Source: Haliea sp.
Lineage (GTDB): Bacteria > Pseudomonadota > Gammaproteobacteria > Pseudomonadales > Halieaceae
Direction of reading: 5' to 3'
DNA: 64,000 bases
Assembly: GCA_031414375.1 (NCBI GenBank)
Contig: JANNVJ010000137.1
Coordinates: 22,780-86,779, forward strand
Shown: positions 44,412 through 54,354 of the stretch, piece after piece
Position numbering within the stretch: position 1 is the first letter of the stretch
How the letters are laid out: every line of letters starts with the position of its first letter
Notes under the pieces: model-generated
What the model was told of the DNA's origin: nothing
Database searches by the model: none
What the model saw: only the letters and a program-made list of their open reading frames with translations
Program-made: the position numbers and the translations under genes

Positions 44412-44845
44412 GTGAGTATAGAAAAAGGTCAGAACCGGTTAAGGCTATTACTTTTGATGAGCTTGTTCAGCACGGAATAGCCACTGGTGGAAATATCGTT
44501 AATGGGATGCCGTGGAGCTTTAAATATAACGGTCTACCGATCACGCATGAAAACGATGACTGCTATTTAATACCTTCACCAACAGGCGGGTCATTACAAT
44601 TCAATCGCGGAGACATGCTTGTGACGTGTGGTGATGGGGCATTATTTCCGATGAGCCTACCGTCATTTTGTATGTACTACGAATGCGACCTAGTGCTAAA
44701 GCCGGATGCCAGCAATAACCCGATGATTATCGGTTACATCAGCACCATCACTGCACACAAGCTGAGATCGGGTGCAAACCTATGTGTGTCCATACTACAA
44801 AAAGCGGGTAAGCATCATAGCGTAGCAGTTTACCTGAATGAGTAA
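44408..44845 (+). CDS. Hypothetical phage protein (145 aa)
   Basis: YRKR..PVKA...GDMLV..DG..FP pattern, common in phage early regions. Confidence 0.6.
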   Translation: MSEYRKRSEPVKAITFDELVQHGIATGGNIVNGMPWSFKYNGLPITHENDDCYLIPSPTGGSLQFNRGDMLVTCGDGALFPMSLPSFCMYYECDLVLKPDASNNPMIIGYISTITAHKLRSGANLCVSILQKAGKHHSVAVYLNE

Positions 44846-44999
44846 CGTTATAGACCTGGATACCCAGCGGCCACACAGAACGGGACCACTGGACTGTGGT
44901 CATTGTGGCTATAGATGGGTAGGAGTGTGGTTGGCTGATGCACAAACAGTAACATGCCCTGAATGTAGCGCCGTAATAATGGCGGAATCTGATGAATAG
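44838..44999 (+). CDS. Unannotated Zn-ribbon protein (53 aa)
   Basis: MSNVIDLDTQRPHRTGPLDCGHCGYRW...TCPECS. Confidence 0.6.
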   Translation: MSNVIDLDTQRPHRTGPLDCGHCGYRWVGVWLADAQTVTCPECSAVIMAESDE

Positions 45000-45165
45000 C
45001 GACAAATTTAATAGTGAAGCATGGCCGGATGAGTATGTGTATTTTTTGCAACGCAGAGTTAAAGAGTTAGAGCACCTTGTAGCCCATGGACATCTTACGC
45101 CGTCGCAAACGCCACCGCTGGAATCGCAACCACCGAACCTGACAGGATCGCAGCACCACGAGTGA
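44992..45165 (+). CDS. Possible small hypothetical protein (57 aa)
   Basis: Coupled to the upstream ORF, but overlaps the convergent tail gene end. Confidence 0.3.
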   Translation: MNSDKFNSEAWPDEYVYFLQRRVKELEHLVAHGHLTPSQTPPLESQPPNLTGSQHHE

Positions 45166-48100
45166 CACGTAGCTGGGCAGAATGTCCCGCGAACGCAGCA
45201 ACACCCCCGGCCCCGTCCAGCCAATACAGATCATCAGTTACGCTGTTAGCTGCGTCAATGTAGGTGTCGCGCACAGCCGTACCGACTGACTGCATGCCCG
45301 CATAAATCCGCCATTCGGCATAGTCATAGCACAACCCCACGTAGAACCATGCGCCGCTGGTTAGGCCCAGAGCGATCGTCGCCTGGATTGTATCCCCGAT
45401 ATAGAGATCTATGTCGCCGCTTGCGTTTTTCCGAACCTCAAACGTGTTGTTATCCGCCGCCACATGGTTCCCGAACAGGATCATAGCACCGGTGGAGCTG
45501 TTGCGGAAAAACCCCTCAAACGTGAATTTTTTAGTGTAATTGAACGCCGGGTATTTAAACCGCTTCCCGCTGTTGAGTAGGGTTGTCAGGCCAAACAGCA
45601 ATTGTGCGTTGCTGTAAGTCAGCGCCCCTGCTCCCTCTACAGTCTCGGTCAACGCATAATTGCTGCGGTCAACGATGTTGGTTGCCCCATTCGCTTCGCC
45701 GCCGTTGACCAATAATGCCACATCTACAAACGAGGTAACCGGGGTCGGGTTATACATAATCATCGCCAGGGCGTAATGATCGGGTTGCCATGCATTGCCG
45801 GTATTGGAGATAAAATGCCTGTGCTTGACGTTCTCCCCGTGGCTGATTTGTCGCGTGTCGTGGGTGTAGGCGGTGAAATATGACCCTTTATGTTCATGCG
45901 TAGCGGAGTAATTAGAGTACCCAGTGACGCCTAGAGTATTGTCGCCCGCAGTTGTTTCCTCCTCTCCCATCGCGGAAATCTCGATAAAATAGTCTTCCAC
46001 GTCCACCGTCCCTAGCAGCCCGGTGCACAGCGTAAAGTCAGGGTCTATCGAAGCATATGAGCCCTTCCAAAAAAAACAGACGCCGGGACCTACGGAGTAA
46101 TCATCGGTTCCGACATACAAGCTCATTCTGATGCGTTTTAGAGCAAGTCCGAGAGCAAGCGTTGCCGGGTGAGTATGGGCACCGCCCGCGCTTATAGGGG
46201 AATATCGCGGAGGCGTGACGCCGATGGTGTCAGGTGAGCCATTGCTTATTGTTGGGCGTGTCCAATGATCGTGCGCATCGCTCGTGCTGCCGGTCGCGCC
46301 TATCGCTACTGTCTGGTTATTATTTCCGGCATTGATGCTGTCGGTTGCCGCCATGAGCAGTCTCTGAGCCCCTATCAGCCATCGGGTCATGTTGGGGTAG
46401 GACAAATCTTTGAGCCCAAACACCATGACCTCTTTGGGAATAAAAGTGCCCACAGTGGTAATTTTTTCGACAAATACATTTTCTCTGCGGTACACATCGG
46501 GCGTCAGCGTGCCCGTGTTGTAGGTGTGCAGGTGCCCTCCCGCGAGCTCGTCCGTATCGTCGTAAATGTAACCGCTACCAGAGCCAATCCTCGCAGTAAA
46601 TGACTCGCTTTCGAATTTGGCCTCAGTGGTGCCGTGCGCGCCGTCTGTCGATGTATTACCGCTCAGTGCGCTATGGGTAGAGGCTCCTCCGGTAGCGCCA
46701 ACAGCGACAGTATTGCCCGCTCCTTTGATGTACTTGCCATTCGCGGCGTTATACAGCTGCCAGCCGCCGGGCACCGTGGAGCCCTTCAGTAGCCCCAGGA
46801 CGCCCACGGGAACAATTCCCGCACCTCCTGGCAGCACGAGATCAGATGGGTAGTGCAAATCAGAATACAGCAGCCCGGTGGCTCGATAGCGCCCCGCGTC
46901 GGTTGTTGCACTGACTCCCTCAAGCAACACCAACAAGCGAGCAGCGGTTTCAGGATCGTATACGTCGATTACCTTGCCCTTATGGTAAGCAATGCCTATG
47001 TCTGCAGAGGTCCATTCCGCGCGCAACCTGTTTTGCATCCGGTTGAGCTTGGATTGCGCCTTGTTCTGGGCTTCCTCTGGGCGGGTTATGCCTCGCATAT
47101 CCATGCGGGTCTCAATCAATGGCACCTCGCCAGAATCCACCCCCGGTACCTCGAAAATGGCAGGCTCTGCTTCCAGCCAGTTGGGAGTAGTATCGCTAGG
47201 GGTTGTGTGCTGGACTATGACGCGGGTAGGGCTGTCGGAGTTAGACAGTGCGGCCAACCTGAGAGACCCGGCAACCAAAGTGCGCTCGAACCAATACTTG
47301 CGCTTTATCGATGCCTCTTTAACCGTTCCAACAAAGGCGGCATCGGCGAATGCAGCGATCGTGCCGCCATCCTCGGTCCCGGTCGCCACAAATTCATAGG
47401 CATGCAGCCCGGTAGCGGTCTGGTATTCAATCAGCGGCACGCCGTCCAGCTCCAGGCGCGCACTTCCGGCTGTGACCGTGGTCAGCTTTAGGGTTGCGAT
47501 GTACGTCTCGCCCACCTCAAAGGCTTTTGACAGAGGCTGCGATGCCTGACCTGCAGTGCCGGCGGCCTTATCCAGTGAGTCGGTGGCAGGGTTGTGCGTC
47601 CAGCCTGTGCCCAGCGTCCAGTCGGTAGCGTGGGAAATAAAATCCATGTTGTCGCCCATCTCCCAGCCGCTCGGGTTCTGGGCGTCAACAGGGCGATCCG
47701 GTAACAGCGTTATCCCGTCTCCCTCAAAAAACCAAATGCAGTCGGCATAGGTCGCCAACAAGTCAAGCCATTCGTCGGTAGGGCGAACGCCGGAGATGAC
47801 CAGATCAAGCCTGGCGCGCTCCACTGCGCCCCCTAATAAGCTTTCGTTCCAGTCAATGCTATTGATCAGGGTGTTGACCACGGTCGCGCCGAACCCGTAA
47901 AACGGATTCATTGCCAGCTCAGTAAAACACATCGCGGAAATATTGTCGTACACATAGCCCGGATTCATGGCGTCGGAATCTGCGTAGGGCGAGGCAATGG
48001 CCGTATGTACGCCGCCGTATCTATTGACTGTTTTTGTGAGGCGAGCGGCTATATAGGTGCCGTCAAACGCATTCGTCGCGCTTATGCCATCGGCCAAACC

Positions 48101-49150
48101 GAGCCAGGCGGGGCCCGTTGTAGCGTACAGCGAAGCTGTGCTTGCAATGCGGTAGGCGTGCACTCCGTCAACATAAAAGTGGTATTCGCGGGCGGTGAAT
48201 TCTATGGTGATTTTTACCGGAGTATCGACAGCCAGAACATTCGTGGCAAAGGTGATGGCGCTGGCAATACCCCATGAAGTGCCATTGCTGGACATATTGA
48301 CACGCAGATCATCATTGCTCTGGTATACCTGAATAGATCTGTCGCTAGCACTATCGCCCTTGCCGAATATGTAGTGTGTGCCCGTGACCACATCCGGCTG
48401 GATCGCCAGCTCAATCGTCCATCGTCCAGAACCGAAATCCGCATTTGTATCGTCTTGCACAACAATGTAATCGCCATTGCCGTCCATCTCCGCCACATTG
48501 CCCTGAATGTTGGCCCCGCCTACCCACGTTGTCCCGTGATCGTGCGTACTAACGTCCATCCCCGTGGCGGGTGTAGATCCATTGGTGCCAATAAATTGCA
48601 GGTTGTAGCCCACAAGCAAATTATTGCCAGAGTCGAAGGGGTCACCTGTAGAGTCGGCAGCGCGCGGATCGTAGACCAAGCGACCGCGCACAATCCCCTG
48701 GAACTTGGGAGACTCGCTGATAGCGCCAGGCGGTAGGAGAATGACAACATAGGCAGCGGCGAACAGGCCAGCGGGCTTCAGCAACACCATGTTGTCGCTG
48801 TAACTGGGGATTGTCGTGATACTAGCCACCAGATCGTCTACGCCCTGGATCGAGGTGCCCCGGTACATGCGCACTTCCGCCGATGCCGGTAGTGGCTTGC
48901 CGTTGTAGAAGATGGCATCGAACTGGAAGATTTCACCCGCCGATGCCGCGGCGCGAGCAATGAAATTTCCGCCCGCATCATAGCCGTATGCGGAAACCAT
49001 AAGCGGGACGCTGCGGGAACCGTACACGATAGGAACTGGTGCGTTATCGGCCGTCACCTCGATTTCGAGCTCTCGGGGCGCCTGTTTGAACGCGTTGACC
49101 TCTTTTATGGTCAGCCGGCCCCGGACCTTGCCGGATCGTGCGGCGCTCAT
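45095..49150 (-). CDS. Tail-tip hub/central fibre fusion with two LamG-like domains and collar/HxH needle repeats (1351 aa)
   Basis: PVPIVYG and RGRLVYDPR hub motifs; two concanavalin-like segments; HLH, HDH, HTH, HEH, HRH motifs. Confidence 0.8.
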   Translation of the reverse strand: MSAARSGKVRGRLTIKEVNAFKQAPRELEIEVTADNAPVPIVYGSRSVPLMVSAYGYDAGGNFIARAAASAGEIFQFDAIFYNGKPLPASAEVRMYRGTSIQGVDDLVASITTIPSYSDNMVLLKPAGLFAAAYVVILLPPGAISESPKFQGIVRGRLVYDPRAADSTGDPFDSGNNLLVGYNLQFIGTNGSTPATGMDVSTHDHGTTWVGGANIQGNVAEMDGNGDYIVVQDDTNADFGSGRWTIELAIQPDVVTGTHYIFGKGDSASDRSIQVYQSNDDLRVNMSSNGTSWGIASAITFATNVLAVDTPVKITIEFTAREYHFYVDGVHAYRIASTASLYATTGPAWLGLADGISATNAFDGTYIAARLTKTVNRYGGVHTAIASPYADSDAMNPGYVYDNISAMCFTELAMNPFYGFGATVVNTLINSIDWNESLLGGAVERARLDLVISGVRPTDEWLDLLATYADCIWFFEGDGITLLPDRPVDAQNPSGWEMGDNMDFISHATDWTLGTGWTHNPATDSLDKAAGTAGQASQPLSKAFEVGETYIATLKLTTVTAGSARLELDGVPLIEYQTATGLHAYEFVATGTEDGGTIAAFADAAFVGTVKEASIKRKYWFERTLVAGSLRLAALSNSDSPTRVIVQHTTPSDTTPNWLEAEPAIFEVPGVDSGEVPLIETRMDMRGITRPEEAQNKAQSKLNRMQNRLRAEWTSADIGIAYHKGKVIDVYDPETAARLLVLLEGVSATTDAGRYRATGLLYSDLHYPSDLVLPGGAGIVPVGVLGLLKGSTVPGGWQLYNAANGKYIKGAGNTVAVGATGGASTHSALSGNTSTDGAHGTTEAKFESESFTARIGSGSGYIYDDTDELAGGHLHTYNTGTLTPDVYRRENVFVEKITTVGTFIPKEVMVFGLKDLSYPNMTRWLIGAQRLLMAATDSINAGNNNQTVAIGATGSTSDAHDHWTRPTISNGSPDTIGVTPPRYSPISAGGAHTHPATLALGLALKRIRMSLYVGTDDYSVGPGVCFFWKGSYASIDPDFTLCTGLLGTVDVEDYFIEISAMGEEETTAGDNTLGVTGYSNYSATHEHKGSYFTAYTHDTRQISHGENVKHRHFISNTGNAWQPDHYALAMIMYNPTPVTSFVDVALLVNGGEANGATNIVDRSNYALTETVEGAGALTYSNAQLLFGLTTLLNSGKRFKYPAFNYTKKFTFEGFFRNSSTGAMILFGNHVAADNNTFEVRKNASGDIDLYIGDTIQATIALGLTSGAWFYVGLCYDYAEWRIYAGMQSVGTAVRDTYIDAANSVTDDLYWLDGAGGVAAFAGHSAQLRVTRGAAILSGSVVAIPAVAFATA

Positions 49151-49668
49151 CGGCGCGACACCAGGGTGTAGGAATCGCCCTCGTGCTCAATAATGGTGCC
49201 GGAAGGTGGGATATGAATGGAAAACTCGTTAAAGGTCGTGCGCGGAGTCACGTTGCCACGCAGGTAGCGGTGTATTGCGTTGACGGTAATGGTGCCGTTG
49301 GCATAGGAGGATGCGTCAATCACTCCATCAAGCACCAACAAGCCCTCCTCAAGCGCATACACGCCGTTATCGTCTGGCAGGCCCGGAACGGAATAAATCT
49401 GGCATGTTTTGCCATTGCGCCAGTTTCCCGAGATAACCTCAGCCACCCTCGCATTGGTTGAGGGCAGGGTCAGAACGGCACTGCGACCATCGTCAATTGT
49501 GACGCTGAACAAACCGCCTGCGGTGTAGAGCTCACCGTCAAATGTAATATCTCCGCTGCCCGATATGAGCTCCAGCGCCCCGGAATGCTCCCATCGCACT
49601 AGGTTTACGGGGCGGGTAGCGCCCGCATTTGCGTTGTTAAATTGCGCAGTACTTAACCGGCGGCTCAT
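49147..49668 (-). CDS. Tail-tip protein (gpL-like position)
   Basis: SG.GDITFDGELYTAGG...LDGVID pattern; between distal tail and hub genes. Confidence 0.6.
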   Translation of the reverse strand: MSRRLSTAQFNNANAGATRPVNLVRWEHSGALELISGSGDITFDGELYTAGGLFSVTIDDGRSAVLTLPSTNARVAEVISGNWRNGKTCQIYSVPGLPDDNGVYALEEGLLVLDGVIDASSYANGTITVNAIHRYLRGNVTPRTTFNEFSIHIPPSGTIIEHEGDSYTLVSRR

Positions 49669-50006
49669 ACCAGCTTCCCGGCAAACTCAAATGACCACCA
49701 ATGCGTGACGCCGTTGGATACGCTTTTATCTAGGCTGTCCCCATTGATATAGCCGCGATAAATTTTTGAGTTGTGGGGAATGTCGAAATGTGTAGCGGCA
49801 TTGGCGTACAGGTATGATTCAAATGAGGCAGACTGCGCCTCATCTTGTGGGCAAAACACGCAATTTATTTTGATGGGCTTGAGTGTCGTGAGTGTCCTCG
49901 ACCTAACCTCGCCATCACTCATAGAGTCCAACTTGGTCCCAAGGCTGGGTTTAAATGCGGTCGCTGTTTCCAGCGGATAGGTGGACAGATCAAACGTGGT
50001 TGGCAT
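49665..50006 (-). CDS. Distal tail protein (gpM-like position)
   Basis: Small beta-protein directly after the tape measure; SMSDGEVRSR. Confidence 0.6.
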   Translation of the reverse strand: MPTTFDLSTYPLETATAFKPSLGTKLDSMSDGEVRSRTLTTLKPIKINCVFCPQDEAQSASFESYLYANAATHFDIPHNSKIYRGYINGDSLDKSVSNGVTHWWSFEFAGKLV

Positions 50007-50009
50007 AGC

Positions 50010-53000
50010 CTACACCCCCCCTGCTTCAGAGAGTCGGTTATCGTTGATCGTTATGCCATTGGTGACGAGATTGTTCACGGCTTCGGAGAATGTCTGGCTG
50101 GCATCCTGATTTGCGCCCGATGCAGCCAGGTTGGTATTGGCCGCCTGCTGTTGCTTGTCCGCTGCGCTGTCTAGCATGTCGATAATGCGGATATTAATGT
50201 CTTCCTGTGATGACTGCAGGCCCGTGAGAGCGCCTTGGAGTAATCCCTGCGCTACAACGTTCGTTTGCTCTGCATAACTGGCGAATTCCTCCGATCGTCG
50301 AAGCTTTTCGTTTTCGGCCAAGCTATCGAATATCTTGCGGTTCAGGTCCAGGATAGATTTTGAGGCTTTGTCGATTTCCTGCGGGTCCGTCATCGATGCC
50401 AGCATAGCGCTTAGGGAGTCGCGCTCCGCCACACGAGCAGTGCGCAGCTGATCAGCGGTAAGCACCGACTGCCTTATGTACTCGGCCTGATCTGCTGCCA
50501 CGATGCCGATCTGCTGGCCAATGGTCTGGATAGCCATGGCGAACTGATAGGCGGCTGTCTTGTTTTCGATCAGCAGGTTATTCAGGTTGGAGGCAGATGC
50601 GGCGCTGCCGTCAAAGTTGCGTATCTGTTCCAGAAGTGCCGCAGAGTGATCGCGGTATGCCGTCGCTACAGTGGGTGCTACAGCCGAGAATTCCTTGATT
50701 GCATTGGTGACGGAGTTTATGCCCGCCTGCTGGCTGATAGAGACAATGGCCTGAGAAAATTGAACAATCTCCGCAGCGGTCCCGCTGGCGTTTTGAATCA
50801 AGGTCAGCAGGGTATCACTGATACCCCCGGCGCTGACGTCCAGTGCCACAAGCCCGGTAGTGAAAACGGCAATTTCCTCTGCTGACCCACTGAAGTTTGC
50901 AATGAGTGGCTTCAGGCGATCGCTTACCTTGTCAGATGCGGCGACAATCTGCCCAAACCCGTAGGCCAGCAACTGGTTGGCATCGGAAAACGCCTTCCCA
51001 TTGAATGAGAGCTTCCCGCCACTGTCTGCAGTGATTCCGCCCTTTAACGTCGAACCACCAATAGCATCGCCAAAGACTGAGAGTTGCCCCATTAGCTGAT
51101 CAACAAAATCCGCCTGCTCCCTGCCCTCTCCCTTTTTCCAGCTATTGCCGCTGCCAGCGCCTTTACCGAATGTCCCGGTAGAGAAGTCGAAATCAGCTCT
51201 GGCTACGTTCTTGCCGTCGTTGTTGTTGCCGCCATAGCCGAACGCCTTGCCTAGTCCGCTCTCGATAGCTGTGCCGACAAAGCTGCCGATAGCGGCCCCG
51301 AGTACGGGAACGCCAATTAGTGCAGACCCTGCAATTGCGCCTATGCTTGCGCCAACACCGGACGTTTCCCCAAAGACCTTGCTCCCGGCATATCCTCCGA
51401 TCATGCCCCCGGCGAAATCGCCCGCCATTGACCAGCCAGTAGTGGCAGCTGCTTTTGCGTTGAAGGCGTTACTGGTCTTGAACAGACCGAGGTCATTTGT
51501 GATCGTTCCGAGGGACGAATACAGCCCCTTGCCTGCCGCTGTAATGCCACTCGTGAGACTGGACAAGCCACTCGTGAGCGAGGAAGCGCCCGCAGTGGCA
51601 CCAGATACCCCTCCGGATGCGGCGCCCGGCACAAGGCCACCAAGCGCTGCACTGAACTGCATCGCTATGGGCCGAGTAATCGCCAAATGCGCCATATTTG
51701 CCAGTAGGTTAAGAAACGAATCCTTCAAATTCCCAGCGAAGTTTTTAAAGCCGTCCTCGGTCCCGCTGAACGCATCCCGCCACGCCTGCGTAAATCCAGT
51801 ATCGATACTGGACGCCATATCCGTGAGCGCATCGTTCCACGGCTTCATGGCGTCTTCAGATGCCTTTGTGGCGGCAGTGGCCATATCCTCAGCCGCCTTG
51901 GCTGCGTCCCCAGCTGCCTGAGCCTGAGAGGCTGCGGATCGCGCTCTGGCGTCCTCCTGCGCATCCGCCTCGGCTTCAAGCGTGGTGGTCTGGATAAAAA
52001 GGGCGGCGGTCTTGGACTTGATTTGCTCAATCTCGGCAGCGGTCGCTGTGGTACCCGCTTTCTGAACAGCGGTATTGATAGCCTGCTGCAGCGCATTCAC
52101 CTTCAGTTGTTTTGTCTCGAAATCCAGCGCGGTGATCATGCCCTGTACCGCTTTCTGCGCTTTGGCGCTGCCTTCTGTTTGTTTGTTGGTGCCGGATGCC
52201 AGCTTGATCAGGCCCTCGGTTGTGTTGTTGATAGATTTGCCAGCGGCATCAAGGCGCGCCTTGTAGTTGGCAGTTGCACCGGTGGTTGTGCCGGTGCTAG
52301 CAGTAGCCGACTTAAGCTGGGATTCAAGCCCCTTTAGTTCCGCCTCGGCAGCAATGACGGCCCCGGCAAACCTTTCGCCGCCTGCGCTGAACCTGACTAT
52401 CTCGTCTTTCAGCTCCGCAATTCTGCTGGTGGTCTTGGAAATGTTCTCCCCGGTTGCCGTCTCGCCCAATCGGTCAAGATCGTCCTTGAACGCGCCCAAA
52501 CCCCTGGCCTTGTCAATCAGGAATGCAATGCCGTCACCAATAGCGGTGAAAGTCGTAGCCGCAAGATTTATCAAGGATGCCGTCAATGACGCGACACCAA
52601 TGCCCGCCTCGATAGACATGCTGCCCAAGTCCTTCAGGTTCTTTTTCATGGCAGGATCAGCGAGCGCGGAATTCATTGCTTTAATTGCTTTCACTGCAGG
52701 ACCTGAATCCGCCGCACCGAACGCATCAAGCAGGTTGTTTTTGATCTCCTGAGTCGCGCGGCCAATGGTCATGGGCATTTGCTGAAATTCAGAATCTACG
52801 GAACCAGCCATTAACTTGATTGCATTGGTGACTTTTTCGGACGTGAGCTCGCCTTCAGCGCCCATCCTGCGCAGCTCGCCTATACCAACACCTAACCCAT
52901 CGGCCAACAAACGCGCCAGCCGGGGTGATGACTCCATCACGGCGTTCAGCTCTTCGCCTCGCAAAACACCAGAGGCCATGCCCTGCGATAGCTGTAACAT

Positions 53001-53921
53001 CGCGGACGAAGCCTCCGCTGCGGTAGCGCCAGACACAACAAAGCTTTGGTTAATGGCCTTTGTGATTGTGAAGAGGTCGTTTTGGGATAGGTTTAGGTCC
53101 TCCGTAGCGCGAGCCATCCGAGCATAAAGATTGACCGTTGCCTCAAGAGATTGCCCGGTTTCGTTGGCCAAAGTGAGCGCACGCCCATAGACCGCGTTAA
53201 GCTCCTCCTGCGAGCCCGTAACCAACTTAAGCTGGCCTTGCATCTTGGCCATGCGGTCCGTGTAGTCGGTGAGCTTGATTGCAGCCAGCACAATAGCGCC
53301 GCTACCCACAGTCGCTATCATGCCACCGTAATTTTTCGCAAAGCCCACCGCTGCGGTGCTTGCTACTTCGTTTGCCTTTGCCAGCGCCATGAGTGATCTT
53401 GATGGGCCGTTTGCGGCCTGCCCGAACGCATCCATCGCCCCGGCAGACAACTTACTGGTATGGCCAATGCGGAGTATGTCATCTCCGTAGCCGATCATTG
53501 ATAGCCCAGAGCGACCGATTGATGTAACCAGTGACGTATTGGCGCTGGTAAGTAGGTTTGTGCCGCCGCTATAGGCCACCATCGCCTTACCGGCACCCGC
53601 CACCGCTGCAGCAGACGCCATTGATGCAGCCCCTACCGCGTTTACGCTAGCAGCGGCAGCGGCAGACGAGGCTCCCATAGCGGTTATGCCGGACGCTGAT
53701 GCTGCGCTCGCTGCGCCCAGCGCTGAAGCCTGACTTGACGCCAGGGCAGAAGACCCGCCGAGCAACTCAATCTGTCGCTCAACAGCAGTCGCTATGCGTC
53801 CCAGTAACTCTATTTGCTTTTCCGCAGCGGTGGCAAATCGACCCAGCGCATCAAGTTGCTTGCCGGTATTTTCGATACCTTCAGAGGTTACCCTGACCCT
53901 TAGCCCTGCGATGTCTGACAT
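50010..53921 (-). CDS. Tail tape-measure protein (1303 aa)
   Basis: MSDIAGLRVRV start; tape-measure domain LQLSQGMASGVLRGEELNAVME; Ala/Gly-rich. Confidence 0.95.
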   Translation of the reverse strand: MSDIAGLRVRVTSEGIENTGKQLDALGRFATAAEKQIELLGRIATAVERQIELLGGSSALASSQASALGAASAASASGITAMGASSAAAAASVNAVGAASMASAAAVAGAGKAMVAYSGGTNLLTSANTSLVTSIGRSGLSMIGYGDDILRIGHTSKLSAGAMDAFGQAANGPSRSLMALAKANEVASTAAVGFAKNYGGMIATVGSGAIVLAAIKLTDYTDRMAKMQGQLKLVTGSQEELNAVYGRALTLANETGQSLEATVNLYARMARATEDLNLSQNDLFTITKAINQSFVVSGATAAEASSAMLQLSQGMASGVLRGEELNAVMESSPRLARLLADGLGVGIGELRRMGAEGELTSEKVTNAIKLMAGSVDSEFQQMPMTIGRATQEIKNNLLDAFGAADSGPAVKAIKAMNSALADPAMKKNLKDLGSMSIEAGIGVASLTASLINLAATTFTAIGDGIAFLIDKARGLGAFKDDLDRLGETATGENISKTTSRIAELKDEIVRFSAGGERFAGAVIAAEAELKGLESQLKSATASTGTTTGATANYKARLDAAGKSINNTTEGLIKLASGTNKQTEGSAKAQKAVQGMITALDFETKQLKVNALQQAINTAVQKAGTTATAAEIEQIKSKTAALFIQTTTLEAEADAQEDARARSAASQAQAAGDAAKAAEDMATAATKASEDAMKPWNDALTDMASSIDTGFTQAWRDAFSGTEDGFKNFAGNLKDSFLNLLANMAHLAITRPIAMQFSAALGGLVPGAASGGVSGATAGASSLTSGLSSLTSGITAAGKGLYSSLGTITNDLGLFKTSNAFNAKAAATTGWSMAGDFAGGMIGGYAGSKVFGETSGVGASIGAIAGSALIGVPVLGAAIGSFVGTAIESGLGKAFGYGGNNNDGKNVARADFDFSTGTFGKGAGSGNSWKKGEGREQADFVDQLMGQLSVFGDAIGGSTLKGGITADSGGKLSFNGKAFSDANQLLAYGFGQIVAASDKVSDRLKPLIANFSGSAEEIAVFTTGLVALDVSAGGISDTLLTLIQNASGTAAEIVQFSQAIVSISQQAGINSVTNAIKEFSAVAPTVATAYRDHSAALLEQIRNFDGSAASASNLNNLLIENKTAAYQFAMAIQTIGQQIGIVAADQAEYIRQSVLTADQLRTARVAERDSLSAMLASMTDPQEIDKASKSILDLNRKIFDSLAENEKLRRSEEFASYAEQTNVVAQGLLQGALTGLQSSQEDINIRIIDMLDSAADKQQQAANTNLAASGANQDASQTFSEAVNNLVTNGITINDNRLSEAGGV

Positions 53922-54354
53922 GAGGTTTACGCCTTGCTAAATTTTTGAAAAAGTTGTGCACCGCCTCGCGTTGACGGGGCAGGTCTTCTGTTTGGTATGG
54001 GGCTTGCTCTGCCGGGTTTTTGGACCGATGGAGCTGGTCGATGTAATCAATGGACAAGCGCCGTAGGGTCAGCGCCTCCCATGGCGAAAGCGCCAATCCT
54101 GTTGACGCCTGCCATGCAGACAGCTCCAGGAACGAGATTGGGGCCATGCCCATTTCGCCCCTCATGCAAAAATCCATCTCCTGCAGGTAGGCGAGGAGAT
54201 AAGCCCCCGCATCTACCGGCGGCAGGTCAAGGGCGGGGTGGTCTTCGCCCTTGCCTTGGATCTGCTTGAACCGGCTCTGCTCGGACTTATCAGGTGTAGA
54301 TTGCAGCCACGCAGTGTGCCTAACGTAAAGCGAAAGTTCCGCTAGGCATTGGTC
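53881..54354 (-). CDS. Tail assembly chaperone, frameshifted (gpGT) extension
   Basis: -1 frame from TTTTTTG reads DQCLAELSLYV...PISFLELSAWQASTGLALSPWEALTLRRLS. Confidence 0.75.
   Translation of the reverse strand, partial: DQCLAELSLYVRHTAWLQSTPDKSEQSRFKQIQGKGEDHPALDLPPVDAGAYLLAYLQEMDFCMRGEMGMAPISFLELSAWQASTGLALSPWEALTLRRLSIDYIDQLHRSKNPAEQAPYQTEDLPRQREAVHNFFKNLARRKPHVRHRRAKGQGNL

Noticed and set aside
45095-46000. Diversity-generating retroelement target in the tail-tip C-terminus
   Set aside because: No reverse transcriptase and no ~100-bp near-duplicate template repeat seen in the window.
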